From an uncultured Candidatus Saccharibacteria bacterium (GTDB taxonomy: Bacteria > Patescibacteriota > Minisyncoccia > Phycocordibacterales > 2-02-FULL-43-11), in assembly GCA_964348785.1 (NCBI GenBank), contig CAYGDO010000005.1:1188-65187 (forward strand): a stretch of DNA of 64,000 bases, in the 5' to 3' direction. A program made the translations under genes and the position numbers. Positions 55,359 through 64,000 of the stretch are shown here, piece after piece (within the stretch, counting starts at the first letter, position 1; each line of letters starts with the position of its first letter). The notes beneath the pieces are model-generated. The model saw only the letters and a program-made list of their open reading frames with translations, ran no database searches and was not told the DNA's origin.

Positions 55359-55835
55359 ATGAAAATTTTGATTTCATCTGATCACGCCGGTTTTGAGTTA
55401 AAAGAAAAACTAAAAGCGTTTCTTAATGATTTGGGTTATAAGATTAAAGATTTTGGCGCATATATTTTTAATGAAAATGATGATTATCCGGATTTTGTAA
55501 AACCATTGGCAAAAGAAATTTCTGAGAATTCTGGTGATTTAGGTATAATTTTGGGTGGCTCTGGGCAAGGTGAAGCAATTTGTGCTAATAGATTTAAAGG
55601 CGTGAGAGCTGTTGTTTTTAATGGTCAGTATAAGCCAGTTGATGGTCGGGAAGTTCCCAATGAAATTGTTTTATCGAGAGAGCATAATAATGCTAACGTA
55701 CTTTCACTTGGTGCAAGATTTTTAAGTTTTGATGAAGCAAAAGAAGCGGTAATGCTATGGCTAAAAACCCCTTTTTCCGGTGATGGACGTCATGTGCGGA
55801 GAATTAATAAGATAGATTCTGTTAATAATGTCTAA
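55359..55835 (+). CDS. rpiB: Ribose-5-phosphate isomerase B (RpiB/LacAB family).
   Basis: N-terminus MKILISSDHAGFELKEKL is the RpiB signature. About 158 aa. Confidence 0.85.
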   Translation: MKILISSDHAGFELKEKLKAFLNDLGYKIKDFGAYIFNENDDYPDFVKPLAKEISENSGDLGIILGGSGQGEAICANRFKGVRAVVFNGQYKPVDGREVPNEIVLSREHNNANVLSLGARFLSFDEAKEAVMLWLKTPFSGDGRHVRRINKIDSVNNV

Positions 55836-55867
55836 TATCTAATTACCAATATCTAATTAAAACTTAA

Positions 55868-56236
55868 ATGCTAAATGGGGGAAAAAAGTATGATCTTGAA
55901 GAACGAACTGCGATATTTGGTGAGAATGTAGTAAAATTTACCAAGAAGGTTTTAAGAACAGTAATCACCATTCCTATTATCAGTCAGTTGGTCAGATCTG
56001 CAACAAGTATAGGTGCTAATTATTGTGAAGCGGATTGTGCGGAGACACGGAAAGATTTTGAACATAAAATTGGTTTGTGCAAAAAGGAGGCAAAAGAAAC
56101 TCGTCATTGGTTGCGAATGATTGCGGTCGCGGTACCCGAGTTGGAGCCGGATTCAAAGATTTTGTGGCAAGAAGCTCACGAGCTCCATTTAATATTTATC
56201 AGTATTGTTAGAAATTCTAGATTAAAAGAAGTTTAG
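55868..56236 (+). CDS. Four-helix-bundle protein of the 23S rRNA intervening-sequence protein family (PF05635/TIGR02436).
   Basis: SATSIGANYCEADCAETRKDFEHKIGLCKKEAKETRHWLRMI matches the family's conserved second half. Confidence 0.65.
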   Translation: MLNGGKKYDLEERTAIFGENVVKFTKKVLRTVITIPIISQLVRSATSIGANYCEADCAETRKDFEHKIGLCKKEAKETRHWLRMIAVAVPELEPDSKILWQEAHELHLIFISIVRNSRLKEV

Positions 56237-56274
56237 TTGTTTAGAAATTAAGTATTAGTAATTAGAAATTTTCT

Positions 56275-56940
56275 ATGGAAATCATACCCGCGGTCATACC
56301 AAAAAATTTTATAGATATTGAAGAAAAAGCTGAATTGGCAAAAGATTTTTTGTCTACCATTCAGATTGATGTTTGTGATGGGGGATTTGTTCAAAACAGA
56401 ACATGGCCTTTTGAAAATGATTTTGGTGAATTTGAAAAAATAAAGAGTGAAGAAATTGGCCTACCTTTTTGGGAAGATTTAGATTATGAAATTCATTTGA
56501 TGACTAGAACTCCGGAGGATGAAGTTGAGGATTGGGTGAAAGCTGGCGCGATGAGAATTTTTCTACATTTAGAATCTGCACAAGATTCATTTCTTAATAT
56601 TTTGGAAGAATGGGGGAAGGTTGTTGATATTGGTTTAGCAATAAAAATGGAAACACCGGTTACAAGTCTTACCGCTTATTTTGAAAAAGTTCAGTCAATA
56701 CAATTGATGGCTATAAATCGGATTGGTTTTCAAGGTGAAAAATTTGATGAAAAAATCTTTGAAAAAGTGAAAGAATTAAGGAAGCTAGGCTTTAATCATA
56801 GAATTTCTATTGATGGTGGGGTTGATCTAGAAAATGCAAAAATTTTTAAAGGATTAGGGGTTGACGCCGTGGTTATTGGTTCAGAAATATGGGGGAATGA
56901 TAACCCGCAGTATGCAATGATGGATTTTAAATCACTTTAG
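56275..56940 (+). CDS. Ribulose-phosphate 3-epimerase-like protein (divergent).
   Basis: IQIDVCDGGFVQNRTWPF parallels the Rpe HVDVMDGHFVPNITFG metal-binding segment. It has the size of a TIM-barrel protein and sits among pentose-phosphate genes. Confidence 0.55.
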   Translation: MEIIPAVIPKNFIDIEEKAELAKDFLSTIQIDVCDGGFVQNRTWPFENDFGEFEKIKSEEIGLPFWEDLDYEIHLMTRTPEDEVEDWVKAGAMRIFLHLESAQDSFLNILEEWGKVVDIGLAIKMETPVTSLTAYFEKVQSIQLMAINRIGFQGEKFDEKIFEKVKELRKLGFNHRISIDGGVDLENAKIFKGLGVDAVVIGSEIWGNDNPQYAMMDFKSL

Positions 56941-56964
56941 TTTGTTTATGTTAAAATAGTTTAA

Positions 56965-57258
56965 ATGAAGAAGGAGAATAAAAAAGATGTTTCTAACAAA
57001 GATTTGGGTAATATGATAGAAAGTTTAGCAGTTTCTACCGCTAATGGTTTTGAGGAAATGAAAGGATGGTTTAAAGATGTAAATAGGAGATTGGATATTC
57101 TTGAAAATAAGGTTGGAGGTGTAGAGATGGGTATATTTTCTTTATCTCAAAAAATTTCTGGGATTGACAGAAGAATGGATGATTTGTCTTTAAATAAGAT
57201 CAAGTATGAAGATTTTGATTTATTAAAAAAAGAGGTTGGAGTAATAAGTGGCATTTAA
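56965..57258 (+). CDS. Hypothetical small coiled-coil protein.
   Basis: ORF with coding-like composition. No recognisable domain. Confidence 0.35.
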   Translation: MKKENKKDVSNKDLGNMIESLAVSTANGFEEMKGWFKDVNRRLDILENKVGGVEMGIFSLSQKISGIDRRMDDLSLNKIKYEDFDLLKKEVGVISGI

Positions 57259-57279
57259 ATTTGAAAAATAAAAAAACCA

Positions 57280-58119
57280 ATGGTTCTAAATAGTGCAGAC
57301 AAAAAATTTTTGGAGCAAAAGGCAAAAGATATAAGAGTTTCAATCATAGAAATGCTTGTTGAAGCCAAATCGGGTCACACGGCGGGCCCGCTTGGAATGA
57401 CGGATATTTTTACAGCCCTTTATTTCAAAGTTTTGAATCATAAACCTGAAAATCCTAAATGGGAAGAACGGGATAGAGTTTTGCTTTCCAACGGTCATAT
57501 TTGCCCAGTTTTATATGCCACAATGGCACATTCTGGCTATTTTTTTGTTGATGAACTTAAAACTTTAAGAAAATTTAATTCCAGACTTCAAGGTCATCCG
57601 CATCGAGAGTTTTTGGAATATTTGGAAAATAGTTCAGGACCTCTTGGATCAGGTCTTTCTCAAGCAACGGGTATGGCAATTGCGGATAGAATGAATGGTG
57701 CAAAAGACAGATTTATTTATTGTATGATGAGTGATGGTGAGCTTGATTGTGGAAATACTTGGGAGGGTTCAATGCTCGCTGGAAAAGAAAAATTAGAAAA
57801 TTTAATTGCGGTTGTTGATAGAAATAATATTCAAATTGACGGTTTTACGGAAAATATAATGCCTCTTGAACCATTATCCGACAAATGGCAGTCATTTAAT
57901 TGGAGGACAATTGAGGTGAATGGTCATGATTTTGAATCTATTTTAAATGGGTTTGAAGAAGCTAAAACTCCGGTTGGAAAACCAACTGTTATTTTATCTA
58001 ACAATACTCCAGGAAAAGGTGTAAAGGATTGGGAAAATAAATGGCAATGGCATGGGAAAGCACCAACGAAAGAGGAGGGGGAGAAGGCGATAGAGGAGAT
58101 AAAAGGAAAAGGATATTAG
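57280..58119 (+). CDS. Transketolase, N-terminal (TPP-binding) subunit.
   Basis: GHTAGPLGMTDIFTALYF...NPKWEERDRVLLSNGHICPVLYA...DGELDCGNTWEG, the split-Tkt N-subunit motifs. Confidence 0.9.
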   Translation: MVLNSADKKFLEQKAKDIRVSIIEMLVEAKSGHTAGPLGMTDIFTALYFKVLNHKPENPKWEERDRVLLSNGHICPVLYATMAHSGYFFVDELKTLRKFNSRLQGHPHREFLEYLENSSGPLGSGLSQATGMAIADRMNGAKDRFIYCMMSDGELDCGNTWEGSMLAGKEKLENLIAVVDRNNIQIDGFTENIMPLEPLSDKWQSFNWRTIEVNGHDFESILNGFEEAKTPVGKPTVILSNNTPGKGVKDWENKWQWHGKAPTKEEGEKAIEEIKGKGY

Positions 58120-58231
58120 GTCCTAAGCACTAGGCATTAGGAAAAATAAAATGGAAAATGTAAATAAAAAAAATATTGGTTGAGAGGAGGAATTAATTGT
58201 TTATTTATGTTAAATATTAAATATTAAAAAT

Positions 58232-58576
58232 ATGAAATTTATGAAGGATTTGCTAATTAAATTTTTAGAATGGAAAAAGGATATTTATTGGGTCAGAGGT
58301 GTCAAAATTTTTTTAGTATTATTTGTATGTTTTTTATCGTTGCAAATTATCCCAGGTATTTTTGGTTTAGCATTTCTTTTTTTGTGGATTCCTTTTTTGT
58401 TTTTATCAGATTTGTTCGGAATTAGAGAAATTATTGCTAATCACCGTGAACCTATACCTGGGCCAAATGCATTAGGTTGGATTGCTTTTTTGATATTTTG
58501 CTTCGCTATAAGTGTATTTTTAGGTTGGCTTTACGGAAAAATTAAAAATAGGAAAAAACCACCCCTAAATACCTAA
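58232..58576 (+). CDS. Small membrane protein inserted between the two transketolase subunit genes.
   Basis: Three predicted TM helices. No recognisable domain. Confidence 0.4.
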   Translation: MKFMKDLLIKFLEWKKDIYWVRGVKIFLVLFVCFLSLQIIPGIFGLAFLFLWIPFLFLSDLFGIREIIANHREPIPGPNALGWIAFLIFCFAISVFLGWLYGKIKNRKKPPLNT

Positions 58577-58612
58577 AGCTTAATTACTAATGCCTAATTT
58601 ATCTAAAGCCTA

Positions 58613-59656
58613 GTGCCTAGAATCTATATGTTAAATTTAACACAAAAACTAAATACGAAAATTTTTGACAAAGACCTGCCTGCCGCGCCGGGTCGCGCGG
58701 CGCAGGCAGGTGTGGAACAGATACCAATTCGTAAGGGTTTTGGGGAAGGACTTTTGATATTGGGTGAAGAAAATAAAGATGTTGTAGGTTTGTGCGCTGA
58801 TCTTACCGACTCAACATATATGAATTTGTTTAGAGAAAAGTTTCCAGAAAGATTTGTTGAGATTGGTGTAGCGGAACAAAATTTAGCTACAGTTGCCAGT
58901 GGCATGTCTGCAATGGGTAAAATTCCTTTTATTTCTTCATATGCCACATTTTCTCCCGGCAGAAATTGGGAACAAATTAGGACAACAATTTGTTATAACA
59001 ATAGAAAGGTAATTATTATTGGAAGCCATGGTGGTGTTTCTGTTGGCCCCGATGGTGGAAGTCATCAAGCTTTGGAAGATATCGCCATTATGAGAGTTTT
59101 ACCCAATATGACGGTTATTTCTCCTTGTGATTACATAGAAGCAAGAAAGGCAACTGTTGCATCATTAAAATATCCTGGACCAGTTTATATTCGTTTGGCA
59201 AGAGAAAAAACTCCTGTGATTACCACAGAAGAAACATCTTTTGAAATAGGAAAAGCCCAAGTCTTTTATGAGCAAGAAGGGGAAAGTGAGGCTACGATTA
59301 TTGCAACAGGGGCTTTGGTTTATAGGGCTTTGAAGGTGGCAAAAAAATTAGATGAAATTGGAATTAAGATTGAAGTTGTTAATTTGCACACAATAAAACC
59401 TCTTGATGAAAATCTTTTATTAGAAAAAGCAAAAAAAAGTGGAGCGTTTGTAACTGTCGAAGAGCATCAGATTGCAGGCGGTATGGGAAGTGCGGTTTCT
59501 GAATTTGTTTCAAAAAATATCCCAATACCAATTGAATTTATTGGAGTTAAAGATAAATTTGGACAAACAGGAAAACCTGAAGAACTGATTTCTTTTTATG
59601 AAATGGACGAAGACGCCATAGAGAAAGCGGTTCGAAAGGTTATTAGCAGAAAATAG
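58613..59656 (+). CDS. Transketolase, C-terminal (pyrimidine-binding) subunit. The true start is probably downstream: ATG at 58628 or GTG at 58712.
   Basis: GFGEGLLILGEENKDVVGLCADL...GVAEQNLATVASGMSAMGKIPF...GSHGGVSVGPDGGSHQALEDIAIMRVLPNMTV matches the Tkt C-subunit. The first roughly 30 residues of the track ORF are an atypical extension spanning a GC-rich hairpin. Confidence 0.88.
   Translation: MPRIYMLNLTQKLNTKIFDKDLPAAPGRAAQAGVEQIPIRKGFGEGLLILGEENKDVVGLCADLTDSTYMNLFREKFPERFVEIGVAEQNLATVASGMSAMGKIPFISSYATFSPGRNWEQIRTTICYNNRKVIIIGSHGGVSVGPDGGSHQALEDIAIMRVLPNMTVISPCDYIEARKATVASLKYPGPVYIRLAREKTPVITTEETSFEIGKAQVFYEQEGESEATIIATGALVYRALKVAKKLDEIGIKIEVVNLHTIKPLDENLLLEKAKKSGAFVTVEEHQIAGGMGSAVSEFVSKNIPIPIEFIGVKDKFGQTGKPEELISFYEMDEDAIEKAVRKVISRK
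58675..58710. repeat. GC-rich near-perfect palindrome (CCTGCCTGCCGCGC-CGGGTC-GCGCGGcGCAGGCAGG) preceded by a TTGACA -35-like hexamer at 58665-58670.
   Basis: A roughly 15-bp stem with one bulged base, inside AT-rich DNA at the 5' end of the tkt C-subunit ORF. Confidence 0.5.
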
Positions 59657-59658
59657 TT

Positions 59659-60651
59659 TTAAATTTCTTTAGCCACGTAATTTTCTTTTGCGGTTTTGAG
59701 TTTTTCTTCTATTTTTTCTTTATTTAAAAGTCCTTTTTGGGCGCCAATAAACTGGATTACGGAATTGGCGTTTATTCCTGCAAGTTGAAGCCCTTCTTCT
59801 GGACTTTTTTGGAATAACAATATGGAACAAGCAAGAGTGGAGGTATAGGAATCACCAGCCCCCGTTCTTTCATAAGGCGGTTTTTCGTCTGGGTAGATTG
59901 GCATAAATAATTTTTTGGAACCGTCTGAAAAATAAGCTCCTTTTACACCATCTGTTATAAGAACCATTTTAGGTCCTAATTTGTGCAGATCATCAATTAA
60001 TTTTTTAAAATCTTCCTCTTTGTTTTTTAATACTTTTTGTGCCTCTCTTTTATTTACAGCAAAAAAATCTGTTCTTTTGTAAATTCTTTTTAATTTTTCA
60101 GTGCCCAGTTTGATTTGGAAGGTTCCTGGTTGGAAAATCAATTTAACATTTGGGTGATTTTCAAGATAATTTGCAATTTCTTCGTGATAATTTTCTGTGT
60201 TTTCTCCGATTGAACTCAAATAAATAGCTTTTGGTTCTTCAAAATTTGGTAATTTATATTCATAAGCATGATGTTTTACTAGTATGGTTCTATCGTCTTC
60301 AAACCACAAAACATAGTGATAATTACTTTCTTTTCCGTTTTGTTTTGATACAAAATCAATATCAACTTTTTCTTTTGTTAAATTTTTTAGACAATCTTCT
60401 CCGTATCTATCATCTCCAATGTTGCTTATTAAAGCGCATTTTAAACCCAGTCTTGATGCGCAAACGCTAGCGTTCGGGCTATTGCCAACGGAGGTGACGA
60501 CTTCAACAAATTGATAGGGAACTTTTTCACCATAATACATACACAATTCAAGATTTTGTCTGTCCATATGACAGTGAGCTCCTGGTTCTTCCATTCTTAT
60601 AAAGGCGTCTGTTGCCATATCTCCAATGGCTATTAAATCATATTCTTTCAT
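59659..60651 (-). CDS. PfkB-family carbohydrate kinase (ribokinase-like).
   Basis: N-terminal YDLIAIGDMATD and the C-terminal PfkB signature TGAGDSYTSTLA. Confidence 0.8.
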   Translation of the reverse strand: MKEYDLIAIGDMATDAFIRMEEPGAHCHMDRQNLELCMYYGEKVPYQFVEVVTSVGNSPNASVCASRLGLKCALISNIGDDRYGEDCLKNLTKEKVDIDFVSKQNGKESNYHYVLWFEDDRTILVKHHAYEYKLPNFEEPKAIYLSSIGENTENYHEEIANYLENHPNVKLIFQPGTFQIKLGTEKLKRIYKRTDFFAVNKREAQKVLKNKEEDFKKLIDDLHKLGPKMVLITDGVKGAYFSDGSKKLFMPIYPDEKPPYERTGAGDSYTSTLACSILLFQKSPEEGLQLAGINANSVIQFIGAQKGLLNKEKIEEKLKTAKENYVAKEI

Positions 60652-60702
60652 AACAAATATAATATCATAAAAAGAGTTTAAAATTATGGTATAATTGTAA
60701 AA

Positions 60703-61575
60703 ATGAGTAAAAAACTTATTGATTATATTGTTGAATCAAAAAATGCAGGGAAAGCTCTAGGTCATTTTAATTTTGGCAGTCTGGAGATGCTTTATGGAAT
60801 AATTGAAGCCGGTAAAGAGTTGAATTGTCCTATTATCGTTGGGTTATCTGAGGGGGAAAGGAATTTTTTGAATGGGAAGAGAATGGCAGATTTGGTTAAA
60901 AATATAAGAGAACAAGAAAATTATCCTATTTTTTTGAATGCAGATCATACTCATACTATTGAAAATGCAAAAAAAGCTATTGATGACGGTTTTGATAGCA
61001 TAGTTGCTGACGGTTCCAAATTGTCTTTTGAAGAAAATATTAAATTTGTAAAGGAGGTAAAAGACTATGCTAAAAAGGTAGGTTCAGAAATTTTAATAGA
61101 GGGAGAATTGGGTTTTATAGGGGATTCATCAAAAATTATAGATAGTCTGCCTGACAATTTTAAAGAAAATGATGATTATATGACTAAAATTGATGACGCT
61201 GTTGAATTTGTTAAACAAACAGGCGTTGATTTGTTTAGTCCTTCTGTCGGTACTGTTCACGGAATGTTTAAGGGAGGCAATGATCCACAAGTTTCCATAA
61301 AAAGGGTAGAGGAGATTTCAAATTCCGTTTCTTGTCCTTTAGTTCTTCATGGTGGTTCTGGGACTAAAGATGATGTTCTTGCCGAAGCTGTAAAATCGGG
61401 CATCGCTGTAGTGCATATTAGTACGGAACTCCGAGTGGCATTTAAAGATGGGTTGATTGTCGGGTTGGGTAGAGATGAAAATGAGATTACACCTAGTAAA
61501 TATATGACAGATAGTATAACTTTAGTTAAGGATTTAGTGTTTAAGAAATTGAAAATTTTTGGTTGGGGGTTATAA
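60703..61575 (+). CDS. Class II fructose/tagatose-bisphosphate aldolase.
   Basis: LGHFNFGSLEMLYGIIEAGKELNCPIIVGLSEGE, LNADHTHT, LVLHGGSG: class II FBA metal-binding motifs. Confidence 0.85.
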   Translation: MSKKLIDYIVESKNAGKALGHFNFGSLEMLYGIIEAGKELNCPIIVGLSEGERNFLNGKRMADLVKNIREQENYPIFLNADHTHTIENAKKAIDDGFDSIVADGSKLSFEENIKFVKEVKDYAKKVGSEILIEGELGFIGDSSKIIDSLPDNFKENDDYMTKIDDAVEFVKQTGVDLFSPSVGTVHGMFKGGNDPQVSIKRVEEISNSVSCPLVLHGGSGTKDDVLAEAVKSGIAVVHISTELRVAFKDGLIVGLGRDENEITPSKYMTDSITLVKDLVFKKLKIFGWGL

Positions 61576-61603
61576 TCAATTTATATAATAAAAATTATTT
61601 TTT

Positions 61604-61804
61604 ATGCCAGATGTTAGATTTGAAGAGGAAAATCAGTGGGAAGTGAGACGATTTGATAATCAAAATGATCAGTCATCTTTGGTTAAATTGATTATGAAAA
61701 CAGGCTTAGTTAAGGATCCGAAGAATGCAAATTATGTTTTGCTTGGTGTTGCAGGCATTTTTGTTTTAGTTACTATCATCGTTGTATTAAGTGTTTTAAA
61801 CTAA
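61604..61804 (+). CDS. Small hypothetical protein with a C-terminal TM helix.
   Basis: 66-aa ORF. The hydrophobic tail is VLLGVAGIFVLVTIIVVLSVL. Confidence 0.3.
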   Translation: MPDVRFEEENQWEVRRFDNQNDQSSLVKLIMKTGLVKDPKNANYVLLGVAGIFVLVTIIVVLSVLN

Positions 61805-61882
61805 TTTTTTTGTCTGGGTAGTAGTTATGGGATTTGATTGGGGTTGATTTTTTATTGTTTATGGTTATACTTTACGGCTAAT

Positions 61883-62563
61883 ATGGTTATAGAAATTAAA
61901 GCTGAAAAAAGGGATATAAAGGAGAAGCCTGATTTCATAAGAAAGTCTGGTTTTGTTCCAGCTGTTATTTATGGTAGAAAAACGGAAGCTTTTCATGTTA
62001 AGTTGTCCCAAATTGATTTTAAAAAGGTTTGGCAGAGGGCGGGTGAGTCATCAGTTGTTTCTGTGGTTTTGGGGACTGAAAATTTTGACTGTTTGATAAA
62101 AGAGGTTCAACTTGATCCAATAAAAGACGTGCCAGTTCATGCTGATTTTTATGCTCTAGAAAAAGGACAGAAGGTGAAGGTTAGAGTCCCTCTTGAATTT
62201 ATAGGCGTTTCCCCTGCGGTTAAGGATTTGGGCGCTGTTTTAGTTAAGGTTATGCATGATATTGAAATAGAAGCTGTGCCAAAAGATTTGCCTCATAGAG
62301 TTGAAATTGATATTTCCATGTTATCTAGTTTTGGTAGTCAAATTTTTGCGAAGGATGCAAAGTTACCAAACGGAGTAACTTTGGTTGAAAAAGCGGATGA
62401 CGTGGTTGCCTCGGTGTATGAACCTAAAGAAGAAAAAATTGAAGAGGCCCCTGTAGACTTGTCAGCGATAGAAGTTGAAAAGAAAGGTAAGAAAGAAGAA
62501 GAAGGGGTTACAGCAGAAGGAGCCGATTCTTCAAAAGCTCAAGGTGAACCAGCAAAAAAATAA
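61883..62563 (+). CDS. rplY: 50S ribosomal protein L25/general stress protein Ctc with a C-terminal acidic/lysine-rich extension.
   Basis: MVIEIKAEKRDIKEKPDFIRKSGFVPAVIYGRK matches the L25 N-terminus. The track ORF begins further upstream at 61838. Confidence 0.8.
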   Translation: MVIEIKAEKRDIKEKPDFIRKSGFVPAVIYGRKTEAFHVKLSQIDFKKVWQRAGESSVVSVVLGTENFDCLIKEVQLDPIKDVPVHADFYALEKGQKVKVRVPLEFIGVSPAVKDLGAVLVKVMHDIEIEAVPKDLPHRVEIDISMLSSFGSQIFAKDAKLPNGVTLVEKADDVVASVYEPKEEKIEEAPVDLSAIEVEKKGKKEEEGVTAEGADSSKAQGEPAKK

Positions 62564-62572
62564 TTTAAAAAA

Positions 62573-62595
62573 ACAGCCCCTCGGCTGTTTTTTTG
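62573..62595 (+). terminator. Rho-independent terminator after rplY.
   Basis: ACAGCC-CCTC-GGCTGT followed by TTTTTTT. Confidence 0.7.
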
Positions 62596-62626
62596 TGGTT
62601 CTTAATTTGTTATTATATTAAGTAAT

Positions 62627-63166
62627 ATGAAAAAGGGTTTTACTTTGGTTGAATTATTGGTGGTTATATCAATAATCGGTATTTTGTCTTCAATGGTTTT
62701 TGCTAGTTTGAGTTCTGGCCGGGCAAGGGCAAGAGACGCTAAGAGAAAAGTCGCTTTAAATCAGATAGCTAAAGCTATAGATTTATATACTGAAAGTACG
62801 GGCGCTAATCCTTTTGTTCAGGGTTATTTTTCTAATAGAGATGGGGGATTAGGTAATAGTAATATTAACGTTCTGTCTCCAACTTATTTTTCTTATGTTC
62901 CAGATGATCCACTCCATGTTTTAAATTCAAGCACTTGGTCATACATGTATCTTACAAAGAATTATGTAACTCCGTTACCTCATACACCAACTAGTATTGA
63001 TATTATTAACTGTCCATCTTTGGTTGTACAATCATCTAATAAGTGGTCTTTGTATGCTATGTTGGAGAATCCATCTTCATCTGATTTGGCAACAATACAG
63101 GCCGATACCTATGATGCTTGTATTAATCAGGTTATACCTAGATTTAATTATCGTGTTGGAAATTAA
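62627..63166 (+). CDS. Type IV pilin-like protein (class III signal peptide).
   Basis: Canonical MKKGFTLVELLVVISIIGILSS prepilin leader, with the N-methyl-Phe site and Glu+5. Confidence 0.75.
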   Translation: MKKGFTLVELLVVISIIGILSSMVFASLSSGRARARDAKRKVALNQIAKAIDLYTESTGANPFVQGYFSNRDGGLGNSNINVLSPTYFSYVPDDPLHVLNSSTWSYMYLTKNYVTPLPHTPTSIDIINCPSLVVQSSNKWSLYAMLENPSSSDLATIQADTYDACINQVIPRFNYRVGN

Positions 63167-63218
63167 TATTTTTAAGCAGAGGGTTTATTTATAAGGGTTT
63201 CTGTTATAATTAAACATT

Positions 63219-64000
63219 ATGAGAGGATTATTTAAGATCTCATTTTTTGTTTTTATAATTGTGGCTTTTTTACCTTTGTTGTCTAGTGCTCAACTGACTT
63301 CAGAACGCAGGGCGCAACTTGAAAGGGAATTAGCTGAATTACAGACACAAATTGATAATCAAAAAAAAATTTTGGAAAGTAAGCAAAGAGAAACTGTATC
63401 TTTAGAGAGAGATATAAGTATTTTGAATGCGAAAATTGAGAAAGCTAAATTAAATATTAAGGCTAGAACAATAGCGATTTCTCAGTTGAATTCTGATATT
63501 AATCAAAAGGAGAATAAAATAGGTTCTTTAAATGAGAAGATAAATCGTGAAAAGGATTCTTTAGCTTCAATTTTGAGACAAACAAACAAGTTGCAGAGTT
63601 ATACGCTATCTGAGGTGGTTTTAAATGATCAAAGCATTTCTGAGTTTTTTAGTGATATAGACTCTTTTGCACAGGTCAGGTACGCCCTCCGAGATTCTTT
63701 TGCTGATATAAAAGATGATACTGAAAAGACTAAAGCAGAAAAAGATGATCTGGAAGATAAAAAAGAAGAGCAGATAAATTTAAAAGCCATTCAGGAATTA
63801 GAAAAAAAGAGGATTGAGGAGCAAGAAGCAGAAAAAAAGAGAATTTTAAAAGCTTCAAAGGGAATAGAGGCAGAATATCAGAAAATAATAAAAACAAAAG
63901 AGACAGATGTCGTAAAAATAAAATCTGAACTTTTTAGTTTGACTGGATCATCTGCTATTCCTTTTGAAAAAGCTCTCCAGCTGGCAATAAAGGCTTTTGA
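63219..64000 (+). CDS. Secreted coiled-coil protein, partial (runs off the window end); EnvC/M23-activator-like N-terminal region.
   Basis: ATG at 63219. Signal peptide MRGLFKISFFVFIIVAFLPLLSSAQ, then heptad-rich charged coiled-coil sequence. No stop before the window end. Confidence 0.55.
   Translation, partial: MRGLFKISFFVFIIVAFLPLLSSAQLTSERRAQLERELAELQTQIDNQKKILESKQRETVSLERDISILNAKIEKAKLNIKARTIAISQLNSDINQKENKIGSLNEKINREKDSLASILRQTNKLQSYTLSEVVLNDQSISEFFSDIDSFAQVRYALRDSFADIKDDTEKTKAEKDDLEDKKEEQINLKAIQELEKKRIEEQEAEKKRILKASKGIEAEYQKIIKTKETDVVKIKSELFSLTGSSAIPFEKALQLAIKAF

Overview
This reads as a chromosomal segment from a low-GC, small-genome bacterium. About 33% GC, dense same-strand genes, split transketolase, two short type IV pilin-like genes and a giant surface protein together suggest a Candidate Phyla Radiation/Patescibacteria-like organism. 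The taxon is an inference. Contents from start to end: (1) 1-14.3 kb is a surface-glycan island: ABC exporter, KpsC/KpsS-like transferase, a pseudaminic/legionaminic-type nonulosonic-acid pathway (PseB-like dehydratase, NeuB-family synthase, DegT aminotransferase, cytidylyltransferase, methyltransferase) and a Wzy_C-TPR membrane protein, interrupted at 10.1-11.15 kb by a roughly 1 kb high-GC (about 55-58%) island. (2) Housekeeping genes follow: murB with a C-terminal extension, secA, obg, gatB. (3) At 18.7-23.6 kb, an unusual run of nucleotide house-cleaning genes: YjjX-like, four NUDIX, HIT, MazG-like and a deoxyribosyltransferase-like gene. (4) A 14.2 kb gene (28575-42782) encodes a 4735-aa membrane-anchored fibre protein. 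It has an N-terminal excisionase-type HTH, many β-helix-like repeats, near-identical internal segmental duplications, a C-terminal S74 intramolecular-chaperone domain and an Ig-like (DUF5011-type) end. (5) Four tandem paralogous secreted genes each carry three LamG-like lectin domains, with highly conserved junction blocks. They are interspersed with a small GIY-YIG nuclease gene and a REP-associated tyrosine transposase (RAYT; IS200-like Y1/HuH) gene that is flanked by a nested palindromic REP element. Copies of that REP sit inside the 5' coding ends of the LamG genes. (6) A central-carbon block closes the window: gap, rpiB, rpe-like, split tkt, PfkB kinase, class II FBA, L25 and two pilin-like genes. 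No rRNA, tRNA or CRISPR was detected. The most interesting candidates are the REP/RAYT-LamG cassette array next to the giant S74 fibre gene, the high-GC island, and the nucleotide-hydrolase cluster.
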